In this document: one piece after another, positions 22,330-34,637 of the stretch
Layout: every line of letters starts with the position of its first letter
Position numbering within the stretch: the stretch's first letter is position 1
Origin: Callorhinchus milii
Lineage: Eukaryota
Direction of reading: 5' to 3'
Length of the DNA: 64,000 bases
NCBI RefSeq assembly: GCF_018977255.1
Contig: NW_024704742.1
Coordinates: 22,322,001 to 22,386,000 of the forward strand
Program-made: the position numbers and the translations under genes
Notes under the pieces: model-generated
Database searches by the model: none
What the model was told of the DNA's origin: nothing
What the model saw: only the letters and a program-made list of their open reading frames with translations

Positions 22330-23236
22330 ATTCAAAAGAACAGTTCTAGGTTACATAGGTCCTGAGAGTGCACCTAGTACATGTGCAGATTATGTCGTTT
22401 TGATAGCATCATGAATGTTTTATAAGTCAGTATTTTTATATATAATGAAAAGGTTTGACCTACTTCAATTGGCAGAAATGCTGGATTTAACTAACGTTGG
22501 ACAACCTACGGTATTACCGTGTATTGCTTTAGCCTAAAATAATAGGTCTGAACAGTACTCCAATTATAATGAATATATATGGATCACTGACCCACCTTTA
22601 TCTTGGTTTTCATCTTGAATTGTGATATACAAGGAAAACTAGCATTGATTAAGGAACAATTTATGAACAATATTTTAATAAAGTCCTTATTAATTGTATA
22701 TCATTCTGCTTCAGTTTGGTTTTCTATTTTTGGTTGAGATACATAAGGTTCGATTGTAAAAACAGTTTATTTAAAAGGAGATCCTTAATTGTAAGTGTAA
22801 AAGAGAGTCCAGGATAAAGTTAGTGGACAGACGCCAAATGTACTCACAAAGAGGATAAAAAAAGCTGCAAATAAGCAGAGACCTACTAAACTGTCGACTC
22901 TTCCTGCCACCACTGCAGAAGTAATGTTTCTAACCTTTATTTGCCCATAAGGTCATTTTTAGAGGTTCAACAAACATTTAATTTTCATTTTCAAAGCTTT
23001 ATTCTCACCAGGATTAGTTCTTAAACGCTCACTAATGCAATAACCAGACTTGAGCGACTTGACATCTTGCAGTTTCTGGGATTATATATGCAGGAACAGT
23101 ACATTAGCTCTAGCTGTCTTTGAAATTCAGGTAAAATAATCACCCAGTCAAATGCACAATGATTTTCAGTCTACTCTAGGGAGAAAAAGGGCTAGCACAT
23201 AAAAAGGAGAAACCAAGAGTGTTATTTTCCACCCAC

Positions 23237-23449
23237 CTTCCTTAGCTATTTCAAAAGCTTTTATGAGAGTTTTGATTGCCTCTCTGCGTTTGTCACATTC
23301 AAGCATTTTGTCTGCTAGCAACGTGTAAATCCTCCAGAGATTCTCACAGGCCTGTGCGTAGTGACTACAGCCATCCTCATCCTGCCACGGCTTTTCCACA
23401 GAGAGTTGATAGAATGCCTCATAATGCTCAACAGCTTTATTCAGCTGAC
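23237..23449 (-). CDS. TTC29: TTC29 coding exon (213 nt, phase 1/1), copy 1, intact
   Basis: ttgcag|GT CAG CTG...GAA G|gtgggt; [27 protein letters not shown]...[18 protein letters not shown]...[15 protein letters not shown] matches recalled TTC29 GQLLEAAEHYEAFHQL...AIKILIKASEIAKEG. Confidence 0.92.
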
Positions 23450-24119
23450 CTGCAACACCAAAGTCATTCACAAATGTTAGCTAGATTCAATGACAGATTG
23501 CAGCTTTCAAAGATGCTTTAATTCAGACTACCTAAAGCATGTGTAATTCAGGGGACTGAAATACAAATCAGAAAATATAAGCATCGATACAGTTTGGTTA
23601 TCGGCAACATGCTTTATTCAATTTATTGTAAGAAGCAATATTTCACTCATTTTTTGTGAAACAAAACCCTTTCTTTTATTTGAAACCATTTACCGTAGCA
23701 AGATATTGCAACATAGAGTATTACTCAATCATTCAGTGCAGAATTCAAAATGAATAGGCCTACTGACAAGTATAAAAAGTGTTGTGTAACAACCAAAATT
23801 TTAAGCAATCCAAACCGCAAATACAATCATGGATCATTATATTTTAAGATTTAAACTATGCTTCTTTTGCTATTACATTTGATTTGAAATATATTTGTGA
23901 CAACTTAATGTCTGCATTACATTTAAAGGTTGGTAAATCTGGTTGTAAAATGATGCATTGTCTTGAGAGACACTTTACCTTATTCAGAGGAAGATATGAC
24001 AATGTCAATACCAGAACCACTCTTCTTGCTATTAGAAACATTTGCTTGATCTTTGTTTCAATAAAAAAACAAAGTAAAAATATGAGAACTATATTGAATC
24101 CTCTGTTTTATAATAGATA

Positions 24120-24418
24120 GTTTGCCCACAAAATACAGTCACTATACTTTACAGTAATCCTGTAAAGCACTCAGGCATGAAAGGTGCGATATCAACTGCA
24201 AGGATTATTTATTACTGTACATGATTGTCCAAAATTGTCTTGGAATCCAATCTCTGCAGTTGAGTTTATGGACCAGAAAACGAGCCCGTCTGCAAACTCC
24301 TCTGCCTTTCGCCCATAAAAAAAATACAGTCGCTATATTTTGCAGTATATCCGTAGAAGTGCTTTGAGAAATCTCAAAGACTTGATAAGGCGTTATATCA
24401 AATGCAAGGATTATTATA
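24120..24418 (+). mobile_element. Two tandem SINE tail fragments (24120-24215, 24305-24418)
   Basis: Each has GCCCA(C/T)AAAA..TACAGTC.CTATA.TTT.CAGTA...ATATCAA.TGCAAGGATTATT. Confidence 0.7.
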
Positions 24419-27400
24419 TTTTATATAAATATATTCTTTTTTAAAATATTGTTTTAACTTGCACAATAATTCCACTGGAATATAATAGTCCTAATTTTCA
24501 AACAAGAATTCAATTATTCCTTTTTAGCATATTTTCAGCTCTCTCCGTTAATGATTGGATGACACACCTCAAACTTTTTATAAAATTTGTCAAGTGTTAT
24601 TTCAGGGATGGGGAAAGAGTACAATGTTTGTAACAGTTTATGACTAGCTAATCTGTAATCAAAGCAAAGCTATCACACATTGATATTAAAAAGGTGAATG
24701 CCTGTGAAGATGCTTTTCAGATGATTTCAAAACTGTGAGGTGAGAAAAATCAAGAGAATCATTCCCAAGCTACAGTCTCTGATCGCTAGAAGCTGGTTCA
24801 AGAATAACACGGAGAGCAGTTCATATTCATTGTTTCAGGTACAGACAGTGCGTAATTCAAGGAAATTTGATGGTTTAAAGAGGACTCATATCCTCCCAAA
24901 AATTGCTAGAAAGACATTCAATGACTAGTGAGGTAGTCATTTACAAAACTTAGATAATTGGAGAAATTCAGTTGAAGATATTTTAAGGTACTGCAACAAC
25001 AACAATTTGCATTTATATAGTGCCCTCCATGAAGGCATTGTCTCAGAACTACAGTTACTAGATAGTTTTTCCAGCTAAATTACATGGTGATAAGCTATGT
25101 AAAACATAAAAACAGTACACAAATACAAACTTTTAATCAAACCGTGTTACATAAAAAACTGTGCTGTGTACCTTAAAAACAAAACTTGCTATAATATATT
25201 ATATATATATATAGAGAGAGAAAGAGATAGAGAGAGAGAGAGGGAGACAGAGGGGGACATCTTTAAAAGAAAGAACACTTCAGTGAAAACTATGAAGAAT
25301 AAAGAGCAGGACACTTCAATAAGAATGACAAAGTGGAACAGCGCAGAAGGAGAAGCAAGAGACAACACAGTGGAGATGAAAATCAGACTGGGAAGGGTCA
25401 TGGAATCCCATCCTCAAAGGAAATGAAGAGTTAAATATAAAATAGGGTTTTCGACCCTTGATGAAAAATGTTTCGCTCAAATGTAAAATGTTTGAACTAA
25501 ATAAACTAAATGAATTAACTGAAACAGAACTAATTTACACATATTAGATAAGGGAATTAAATGGTACACGGCACACTTTTACAACATACTATATAATATT
25601 TTAAAGGAAAACACTAATGTATTTTTATTGTGAAATTCAACCTGCATTCCAAGATTTAACCGTCAGTGCTTTTGCTGACCATTGGAGTAATTTTAATTTG
25701 TTCCTTTTAAGACTCATTTATTCGTAAATAAAAAGGGCACATTTCTTTAGAGGAAGAATGTATTCATAAACAGTTTAATAATTCATGAAAAAATCTTTGA
25801 TTAATCTTAACATGATAATAAAAAGTGCTTTTATTTGGCCGTTTGTACCTTCTTATCAAAATGTTCACTTGTTTCAAATTGCCAATATTATGATGCATCA
25901 CAAGTACATAACCATAAAAGCATGTCTTTCCTCGAAAACAATGACAATTTCATTCTTAACATTCGCAGAAGCAGTTGGTAACATTTTCAGAACCTGTTAA
26001 TACAATTGTCAATTTTTATTTCTTTTGATTCCTGTCAATTTCAGACAATTGGCTGTATAAGCAAATGATACAGCAATACAGTCTCATTGAGATCACATTC
26101 AGATCACGATGATTGCCAAGAAAATGTAATTTCCCATAATTTCTACTTACCTCTGGCCAAATCCAGTTTACATTGATAATACTAAATTACAATACTGACA
26201 TATGAGTTTATCGTCCACATATGAAGCCTTATGCAAATCTTCTTACTTTGCAACCCAAGCTAATATCAATGTCAAAGGATGGAAGGTTCATTTAATTCTA
26301 AACTGCAATTCAGACAAGTAACTTGGCACTGTTAATACGTCATCGTGTTTTACACACTATGAATAGGCTTTAAGATCCTGAAAAGTGTAATGCTTTTCCA
26401 TAGTGAGATGCAAACTTCTCTTCAGATAAGCATTTTCTAGGTGAAGAGAGATTTGCATGAGGCTTCTGCCACTTTCTATGCAGACAATAAATTTGGCATG
26501 TGTTAGGCTGGTAATTTCCTTTTATCAATATGAATTGGATTTGGTCAGTGATGTGAAGAAAACACGGGAGATTACAGTTGGTTGAGAATTATCCTGGTCT
26601 GAACGTGTGGTACAAACATCCATTATAAGTGAAAACTTAATGATTGTAGTGTGAAAAAAAACAAAGAGTAAATTTATCAATCTTGGTGATATGAGTTTAA
26701 TGGGAAAATTAGTCTTATTATAATTTATCAATCAGCAGAGAATGCAGCACCCTCGCTGTCAGCAAATTTTCCAATTATTGGAGAATCTACACTAATTTTA
26801 TATTAAATGATTTTTCCCTTTTGTTTTCCTGATCTCTAATCATCATACACAACTCCGGCTGCCCATGTCACAAGGAGAATTAAGTTTTCTTATAGTCATT
26901 GGTTTAAATGAAATTACTGCCGTCACCCCAAGAGTTCCTGAGCATGAATATTTAAATGCTTTAAAACAGTGAATTAACAATATTTTGTACTCATAATGAC
27001 TTCCCAGTTAAAAAAAAATGAATGAAAAAGTATGACAGACTGGAGACAAGTTTGTAAAGATTAAAGTCAGGATTGCTAATCAGGAACACAATACATCATC
27101 AGATTGCCCTACAAAGAAGATCAGCATATTTCAGTAGCAACCAGAAACATAATTTAACAGGATTATTTCAGGGAAGATAAGATTACACACCATCATCTCT
27201 ATCCAGATTTTCTTTTGACATTGAAAACAAATGCTTCATTATAGAAATATTAAATATCCTAAGAGGATCTGAAATAAAGTCCTATATGCAGTATAATTTT
27301 GAATTGTTGGAAACATCTACAAATTATTGACACTGACGTGGGCAATGTTCTCCTGCCACAACAGCAACCACATAAATGTAATTCTCTCAGCTGCTATTTT

Positions 27401-28483
27401 GATGCACATTTTTGATTCCATGAATATTTTATGAAATGGCCCAAACTGAAGCCATATAACATTCCTGCATTACCGATGCCTACGCCCGTAAGCTATAAAC
27501 ATTAGAGACATGATTGAGTGCATTAAAATGAACTCATTCGGTAGTGCATTGATTACTTGATGGAAAAGACTTCCTCTGCTATGATAAAAAATATCAGTAG
27601 AAACTGCAATTTTGCATAAGAAGCGAGGCATCGATGTTGGCTAGCTAGTCTGTTTGAAAAAAAAGCAGTTCCTAGCTCCTTTAGACAGGTTGTACATTTA
27701 GACCTGGTCATAATTGCATGGGATGTTAATTAGGTCTGGAGATTGCTGCAGGTATTATTCAGGTAATTTGAAATGTCAGAAACTGTAGGATGCACTGACT
27801 TACCCGCTTTGCTTGGCTGTGGACTTCAGTAACACTGGGAATAGCTAATTATTTTTTCTCTTTAGCTGGCAGACTTCGCCAACAGAAATGTAGGAGAAAT
27901 TACAGTACAATTTCAGCCGGCAATAATTTGTCTTAAAAAAATTCACTTGAAAAAGCAAACTTTACATACATAATACTCCTAATATTGGGACCGTACATCA
28001 AAGGCAGAGATGAGAACATATTTAAAAATCTAAGGGATACTACATAGAGAGATGCATGAAAAATAGTGTAATGCTTCAACAAATATTGATTTGTTATACA
28101 ATTATTTGATTTGAAAGAGCATTGAAAATATCATGTCTATAATGTTAAAGAGAACCATTTGACCACAGGGATGTGCTATAATTACAGTTTTTTTGGTCCT
28201 GAACAAGGAGCTAGGCTTTGGTTCTGTACAAAAGCTCAAACAGAATTATTCTGAATACATGAATACTTTAACACAAGGCACTTCATTAAGTTTCAAACTT
28301 TCTGTCTCATTATGACCATACGTTTGGTCAAAGGAGATTTTGCGGTGCCTAAAAAATAGGGATCGATTTACATTGATTCTCAAGAACACTGTTTTATGCA
28401 ATATACTGAGATGCTCAAGAAGGACCTTTCAGAATTTCCAAAATCATATATCCTGTTGAGTATTTCTACAAAATATAATTATA

Positions 28484-28563
28484 TACCGTGAAACCTGTCT
28501 ATAACGATCGCCTTTGGGACTGCCTTAAGACAGTCGCAATAGAGACGATATTCTCAAACAGGT
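28484..28563 (+). mobile_element. Degenerate Tc1/pogo-type terminal repeat (copy at ~50865-50944)
   Basis: TA-CCGTGAAACCTGTCTATAACGATCGCC...CAGTCGCAATAGAGACG...ACAGGT resembles TA-CAGTGAAACCTGTC..ACGACCACC..GGTCG..GACAGGT ends of pogo-like MITEs; no partner end found. Confidence 0.4.
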
Positions 28564-31500
28564 AAAAAGAAGCATGGTTATCATGAATTGTGGCTTGCAG
28601 AGAAACATTATCCATTTTCGTATACACCGGTGATTTCTTTTTTTAAAAAAAATCAGTTCCAAAGTTGTAACTATCATAAAAAAATCTCATAAAGCTCAAA
28701 TCTTTTAAAGATGCCAAAAATCGTTACCTCCAAATTACTAGCAAGACACAAAACTAACACTGTGATACGAAATTAGGTTAGTATTTTTATTGAATTAAGT
28801 TTTCTTTTTGATATGTCAAAACTCCTTATTGGCGGCTGCCAAGTATGAAACGTGTATGTATCACAAGGTTTCTAGTCTCCTGGAGGAAATCAAAAGCAAG
28901 CAGTCATTGAGCCCAAGCTTCCAGCTGGGGACTGAAGACTGAACAGACTTTTAACTATATTTTGTAGAAAATAACACTGGAGTATGGCAGAAGAATGCTT
29001 GTCTCAGCAATACACTCTCAGCCCAATTATTAAAATAAGTTGAACAGAAATGGGAGATGGGAGGGTCTAAAATCTGAGAAAGATAGTTATCATTTCTTGA
29101 AAACAAGTTTTAATGTGCAATTGAGGAGATATCAGTGACTTGCAGCTTGGAGGGACTGATGAGCTGATAGGCTAAAAGTGGAGCGAGATGATCAAGAATG
29201 AATGTCCCGGCTGTGTTTTCACAAATGTTCAACAAGTAAATATGTTGCTGTTCCTGCCAAAGACCCCAAGAACAATTATCCATGTTATTCACTCAATCAA
29301 GCTTATTTAATTTCCTTTGGAGGGTGAATAACAGTGGAAAATGAAACTTTGAAGTTTCTCTTTGATCCCAAAATTGTTTCAGTGTTATTTCTAGATATCA
29401 CTCTACTTTATTTAATCCTAAACAGTTCTGTTTCATGTTTCCATTGAACCAGCAACAACTTGAGTTTATATAGCACCCTTCACAAAGGGTAACACCCAGT
29501 AGCATAGGAACTACATTGTTCCCTGCAAAATTTTCATTTTCTATTCCTTAAAATCTATACACATAGTTATCTAGCTCTCTTTTTAAAGTGGCCCACTGGC
29601 TAAATCTGTCAAGAACCATTTCTGCTTTTAAGAATTTCTCTTTTTCTTCCAATGAGGGATTTATTGAGCTAAAAATGTCAAGTTCTGAAAATTCTGACAT
29701 TCCTTAAAAAGAGTCAGCTGCAGGGTATGGATAAAGGCCAGGTAAGTGGGACTATGTTCATCAAAAAGTACAGATGGCTGTGCTATTAAACTTGATATAA
29801 TATATTGCAGAAGTACCATAACCCCTGCCCCCCCCCAGCCCTAGTAGAAAAAGTATGTTGACCAAAAGCTCAGTCAAAGAAATTTTTGTAAAATGTATCT
29901 TAAAAGTAGGTTGAGAAGGAACAAAGGTAAAGAGAGTTTTGAAAGGGTTTCAGAAAACAGGTTTTCTGCTCCTGATCACTCATGGGATCAGAGCCTGAGT
30001 TTGTAATAAACAGTTTACACTAAACATTGGGAGAAATGCTTTTTTACTGGAGAAACTCCAGTGGCAGCCCCACTATCAGATGCATCAATGAATTGCTCAA
30101 CATTTTTAACATGTTTTGCAGATATTTATTTCTCGGTAAAACATAAGCCATTTAAAAACATATCAATCAAGACGAAACTGATCATGAAGTCACATCAATG
30201 ATTTAGTTTTCTTAAAAAAATCCATTCTCCTCAGCATTTGGAGCGATTTATCTTGTTGCACTATGAAGCACCACAGTACAATTCAAAGAGTTTTAAATAA
30301 TCACAAATGCACTGATATAGAATAAAAATGTTGATGTTTCGCACATTTCTCAACTGTTACAAATGGTGTAGAGATGGAAGCATTCTGGCAGCCTGAAAAC
30401 CTGAGAAATGTCAATGTGTATATTTCAAAGTCTGCATTTCATCAGAGTGTCACACCAGTTGATCAAAGGCCAATTTATCTTACCAGAGGAAAAAAAGCTT
30501 TAGATAGTGTTTGTATTTATTGGTAACAGATGAAAGTTTACAGTTGCACCACCACTGCGCTTAACGCTTAACTTATAAATCTTTAATTCATGCCACTTCA
30601 AAATAGTTAAGGTAACATTTTGAGCTATCAACAGAACTATAGACAGTTGCATTGTTAGAGCCAAAATCTTGATGTAGTCTTTTTTCCCTGTGCTACACAA
30701 AAATGTCTCGCATAATAATAATGTCAGGAATATGGAAGTGTCACATCTTCTGTCTTCTAACATTGGTGCAAACAGAAGAAAATTAATTGTCTAAACATCA
30801 ACCCCAGTGTCTAGGATGTGTGTAAGATCTATTGCACTGAAGACGAGATGTTCAGATAGATTTTCCTCCGACTGGGATTCCAATTAATCTTTTTTTCTGC
30901 CAAAAATGTTCACTATAGAAGATCCATACAAGATTTTCTTTATAGCTCTCTTGTGAAAGTTAAATGCAGACATATAATGGTACAGAATAACTGACAATTC
31001 AATTTCTTTACACTTTCTATAGTATTGATTTCATCAACAAGTCATTTTTGAATCATTATGCTTATAAGTAAAAAGCCATCTTTGACTTATTTGCACAGTA
31101 GCTTTCAAAAGTTCTCAATACGTAAATACAAACTTGTTGCACACAAAAGAAACATTAAATATCATTTTCAAAATAGTTTTAATTGAAGTTGAAATAAACT
31201 ACTACTTCTCCTGATCAGAACCATACTATAATTGTTTTCCATTCCATCAGTTGTGTTGAAGTTTATAAGTTATGTATCAGTGGATCATAGAAAACAAGAA
31301 TTAATCAGGACTGTATAATTCATATGTACCACAATCAATGTGAAGTGATATTGGCTGTATGGACAAATCATCCTTGCCCTTACAAATAGGAAAACAACTC
31401 AAAGCACAACTCAAAGAGAAACTAGGAGTCTAACTTGGGAGATAGATTGGTGGGGTAGGAAGGAGCTGACCAAAACACAATCAAAATTAGGCTTTTAAAA

Positions 31501-31847
31501 AGTACAGTGGGAGGGTTGAGGTGGGAGTTCCAGAGAACAAAGTTAAAGTTGCTGAAAGCTTTTGCCTTTCAGGACCTCCATGTAGGAAACTGGATTTACG
31601 TCACAAAGCACTTTTTCCAGCATAAGACTCCAGGAACCAGGCCTATTTGCTTCTCATGTAGCATTCCAAGCTCAGCATCTGGAAGCCCTCAGTGAATAAT
31701 CGATAATCTCTCCCTTTTTTAAGAAACTCAGGGAAATGATAAGCATTTATTGGTATTATTGACATTACCCATTTTAGCACACATTGGCAAAGTCACTACA
31801 CTTAGTTTTGTGGAACTTCTTACGACTGGCCTTGTATTTTGATACTT

Positions 31848-32030
31848 AATCCCTCAAGATAAAAACAATAATAAACTGATCACTTCAATCCACGACTGCT
31901 GTGCGCAATTGGCTGTTGCGTTTCGCCCACAAATATACAGTCAATTCATTTTATAGTATATTCTGTGAGCGCTTTGAGACGTCTAGAAGACGTGAAAGCG
32001 CTATATCAAACGCAAGGATTATTATTATTA
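31848..32030 (+). mobile_element. 5'-truncated SINE of the 8131-8459 family (copy at ~54240-54428)
   Basis: CTGCTGTGCGCAATTGGCTGTTGCGTTTCGCCCACAAATATACAGTCAATTCA...GCGCTTTGAGACGTC..GACGTGAAAGCGCTATATCAAACGCAAGG(ATT)n. Confidence 0.88.
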
Positions 32031-32063
32031 TTTATCATGCAACCTTAGTAAAAATTGATTTAC

Positions 32064-32248
32064 CTTTCTCTTCATAAGCCAAGCCCAGGTTTGCATTTGC
32101 TTCAGCTTCTTTTTGTCTTTCATCTGATGAAATCATGGCAGTGGTTTTGAGGCAGGTTTCAAGAAGTAATCTGAAAGCAGTTTATCCTCTGTTCCTTTAA
32201 AGTAACATGCCAGTGAAAGTTGGCTATTATAGACTTCCTCATACAGCC
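32064..32248 (-). pseudogene. TTC29: TTC29 exon, copy 1, 185 nt with a 1-nt deletion (probable sequence error)
   Basis: Same as 54460-54645 but GTTTCAAGAAG instead of GTTTCAAAGAAG at ~32161, which shifts the frame. Confidence 0.85.
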
Positions 32249-32694
32249 CTTTTAGGAAAAACACACAAAAAAACTTTGATCAGATCTATCCAAGCTACAT
32301 CAGGTATGAGGTTTTATTCCTATGAATTATTAAGTAATACAAGAAAAAAAGGAGATGCCGTTTACATCAATAGCAAATGAAAATAATTCATTTGTAATGC
32401 TCATTAGTATAAATTGAAAAATATTAGTAATATTAAGAAGGGAATCAAAAATAAATTCAGCTTTTCAAAGTAAATTTGATTACCTTGTTTTTTGTGGGGA
32501 TTTGTATCTAACATACATGAAGGAGAAGGGAACAAAGGGGTAGAGGAGAGGGATAGGAGGGTTGGAGGCTTGTGTGGAATATAAACACCGGTGCAACAAT
32601 GTGTACCGAAAAGCCGGTTCCGTACCATACATTTATGGAACTCTATGCTACATTGTTGATATTTATTTTAAAAAGGTTTAATAAATCATTAATA

Positions 32695-32865
32695 ATATTA
32701 TCCTTGCCCAGTTCCACTGGCTCCCCATCCCTCAGCAGTCTGAGCAGTTGGCCACACCCTCCCCAGCCCCACACTCAGCTTGGAAGCAAATCTTAAAACT
32801 ATCCAGTGACTTGGGATGTCTTCCAATCTGGAAGAAGGTATACATAAATGTAAATTTGTATTGTA
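32695..32865 (+). mobile_element. Internally deleted L2 3' remnant
   Basis: ATCCTTGCCCAGTTCCACTGGCTCCCCATCCCTCAG (ILAQFHWLPIPQ) followed shortly by the tail CTTGGGATGTC...ATAAATGTAAATTTG. Confidence 0.6.
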
Positions 32866-33453
32866 TATTGTGTAGTATCTTTATTTTTGGTATTAATTGA
32901 ATTATAGTTAATTTAAGATTAACTGTAGCATCAGATTCTCGCTGTCTGCTAAATTGGTTTACCTTCTCACGTGCAAAAAAAAATCATTTACACATTTGAT
33001 TGTTTCTCAGGATACTGCAACGTAGCATCATGAAATAACTGTAGTTTCAATATATTCTTGCTAAGATGTCTATGCACAAGATCATGCAGCTATTGTCACA
33101 TATTGTATGTGACGCTATACATTTATAAACTGCAAGCTAGCTAACCCATACTGTAAATATGAAATGAATAAGATCTCTCAGAAGGTTTCAGAGATGTAAA
33201 CCCTTTTTATCCTTATTCATTTTATTAATGATACAGAATGGAAGTCATGAAAATGCATAGGTAAATGTCCATATCTCAAAAAACACATTCAGGTACCCTA
33301 CACTATATCATATTTACGAGCTTTGTGGAGTGAAGCTTTTAGGTGCAAATTTTCAGAATGTAGGAAATTGTTACTGGAAACAATCTTCATTTGCTCCCTC
33401 TCCCACTCCCCTCAAAGTCACTGCCATTGCGAATGGCATGATTCCCTCCCTAC

Positions 33454-33673
33454 CTGCTCCTGGACGGCCTCCGCCCTGGTCAGGAAACACTGAAGCTTAT
33501 CCAGCTTCTCATGCTGCTCTCCAGAGTCTTCTGTTGCCATATGTCTGACCCGGGCCTTCAGCCTCCCTAAAGGCATTCAACTTGTGGATCAGAGCAGAGA
33601 GCTCTGAAAAGGACCTGTGATAACCCTCCCGCAGCATGTCTAGCAGATGTTGTGTTTGTACGAATTCCTATAA
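33454..33673 (-). pseudogene. TTC29: TTC29 exon, copy 1, 220 nt with four 1-nt deletions
   Basis: Versus 55867-56090: GTCTAGCAG/GTCTAAGCAG, GGGCCTTC/GGGCCCTTC, GCTCTCCAG/GCTCCTCCAG, GCTCCTGGA/GCTCTCTGGG; splice sites retained. Confidence 0.85.
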
Positions 33674-34073
33674 CTGGGATATGAATACGAAAAGCATGTT
33701 CAAGGTTACTTCACTTGAACTGCAGCAGAGTTTTTCTTTATATAACTGTACCTTTATCTGCTTTCTAGCTATCCAGTCCCCTGCCCCTTCAGAAACGATC
33801 ATTTACTTCAATCTCAGCATTTTAACATGTGCCTTACAACAATTTTGTACATTTTAGACAATGGCTCTCTCTATATATATCTACATATACATATATATCT
33901 ACTTCCCCTCTCCTCCTATTATAACTATAAAGTAGGTTATGAATATTAAAATACATAGTCATGCTAAAATTTATATTTTGAAAAGCTGCAAATAAAACTA
34001 GTTCATTTTCCCACTGATTTAGTCTGCTCACCCAGATGTGCAGGTAAGTGGAGTTACATTTGTAGTCACTTAC

Positions 34074-34137
34074 TGCTCTGTGATGTCGGCCACAGAGTGC
34101 AGAGCATCATCATCTTTGCATCTACATTTTTTTTCAT
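34074..34137 (-). pseudogene. TTC29: Probable TTC29 N-terminal exon, copy 1, 64 nt with a 1-nt deletion
   Basis: Counterpart of 56497-56561, lacking one A (GCATCATCAT vs GCATCAATCAT). Confidence 0.55.
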
Positions 34138-34564
34138 CTGATTCACCAGTAAAGGTGGTAATATCATTGATTAAGCTCATGCTTCCTGCACATCCTAATT
34201 CCTATCCAAATGCACTTTACATTTATGCTGTTGGGATCTGTATTTTCAAAGTACAGTAAAATTTGATTTTTCTTCATAATTGTCTATTTGAAAACTATGG
34301 CAATTCATGCATTTGAATAAATGAAAAGTTAAAATCTCTAATACAGTGATGACAAACCTTTTAAGCTTGTGCTCATACGTTTAAGCACTGCAAGTCGCAG
34401 TTATTGTGCCACAATGTTGAAAAAATGTCAAAGTTAATATTGCTTTCTTAAAAAATAACTTACCAGCTCGACTAGGGCAGTGATACACTTCTAAAGCTGG
34501 GATCTCAACTTTCTCAGAGAGCACTCTCCCAGGATGATGTTTTTTTTTAAACTCACAGGCACAT

Positions 34565-34637
34565 TTTAGGAAATAGGAACAGGAATATGCCATTTAGCCC
34601 CTCGAGCCTGTTTTGCCATTCTGTTAGATCATGGCAT
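34565..34637 (-). mobile_element. Shark-type CR1 (HER1-like) 3' tail
   Basis: TAGGAACAGGAATATGCCATTTAGCCCCTCGAGCCTGTTTTGCCATTC..TAGATCATGGC resembles the reverse complement of chondrichthyan CR1 ends as recalled. Confidence 0.6.

Noticed and set aside
32064..34137. Genuine TTC29 pseudogene paralogue
   Set aside because: Not accepted as biological without read support: lesions are nearly all 1-nt, mostly homopolymer deletions in one block.
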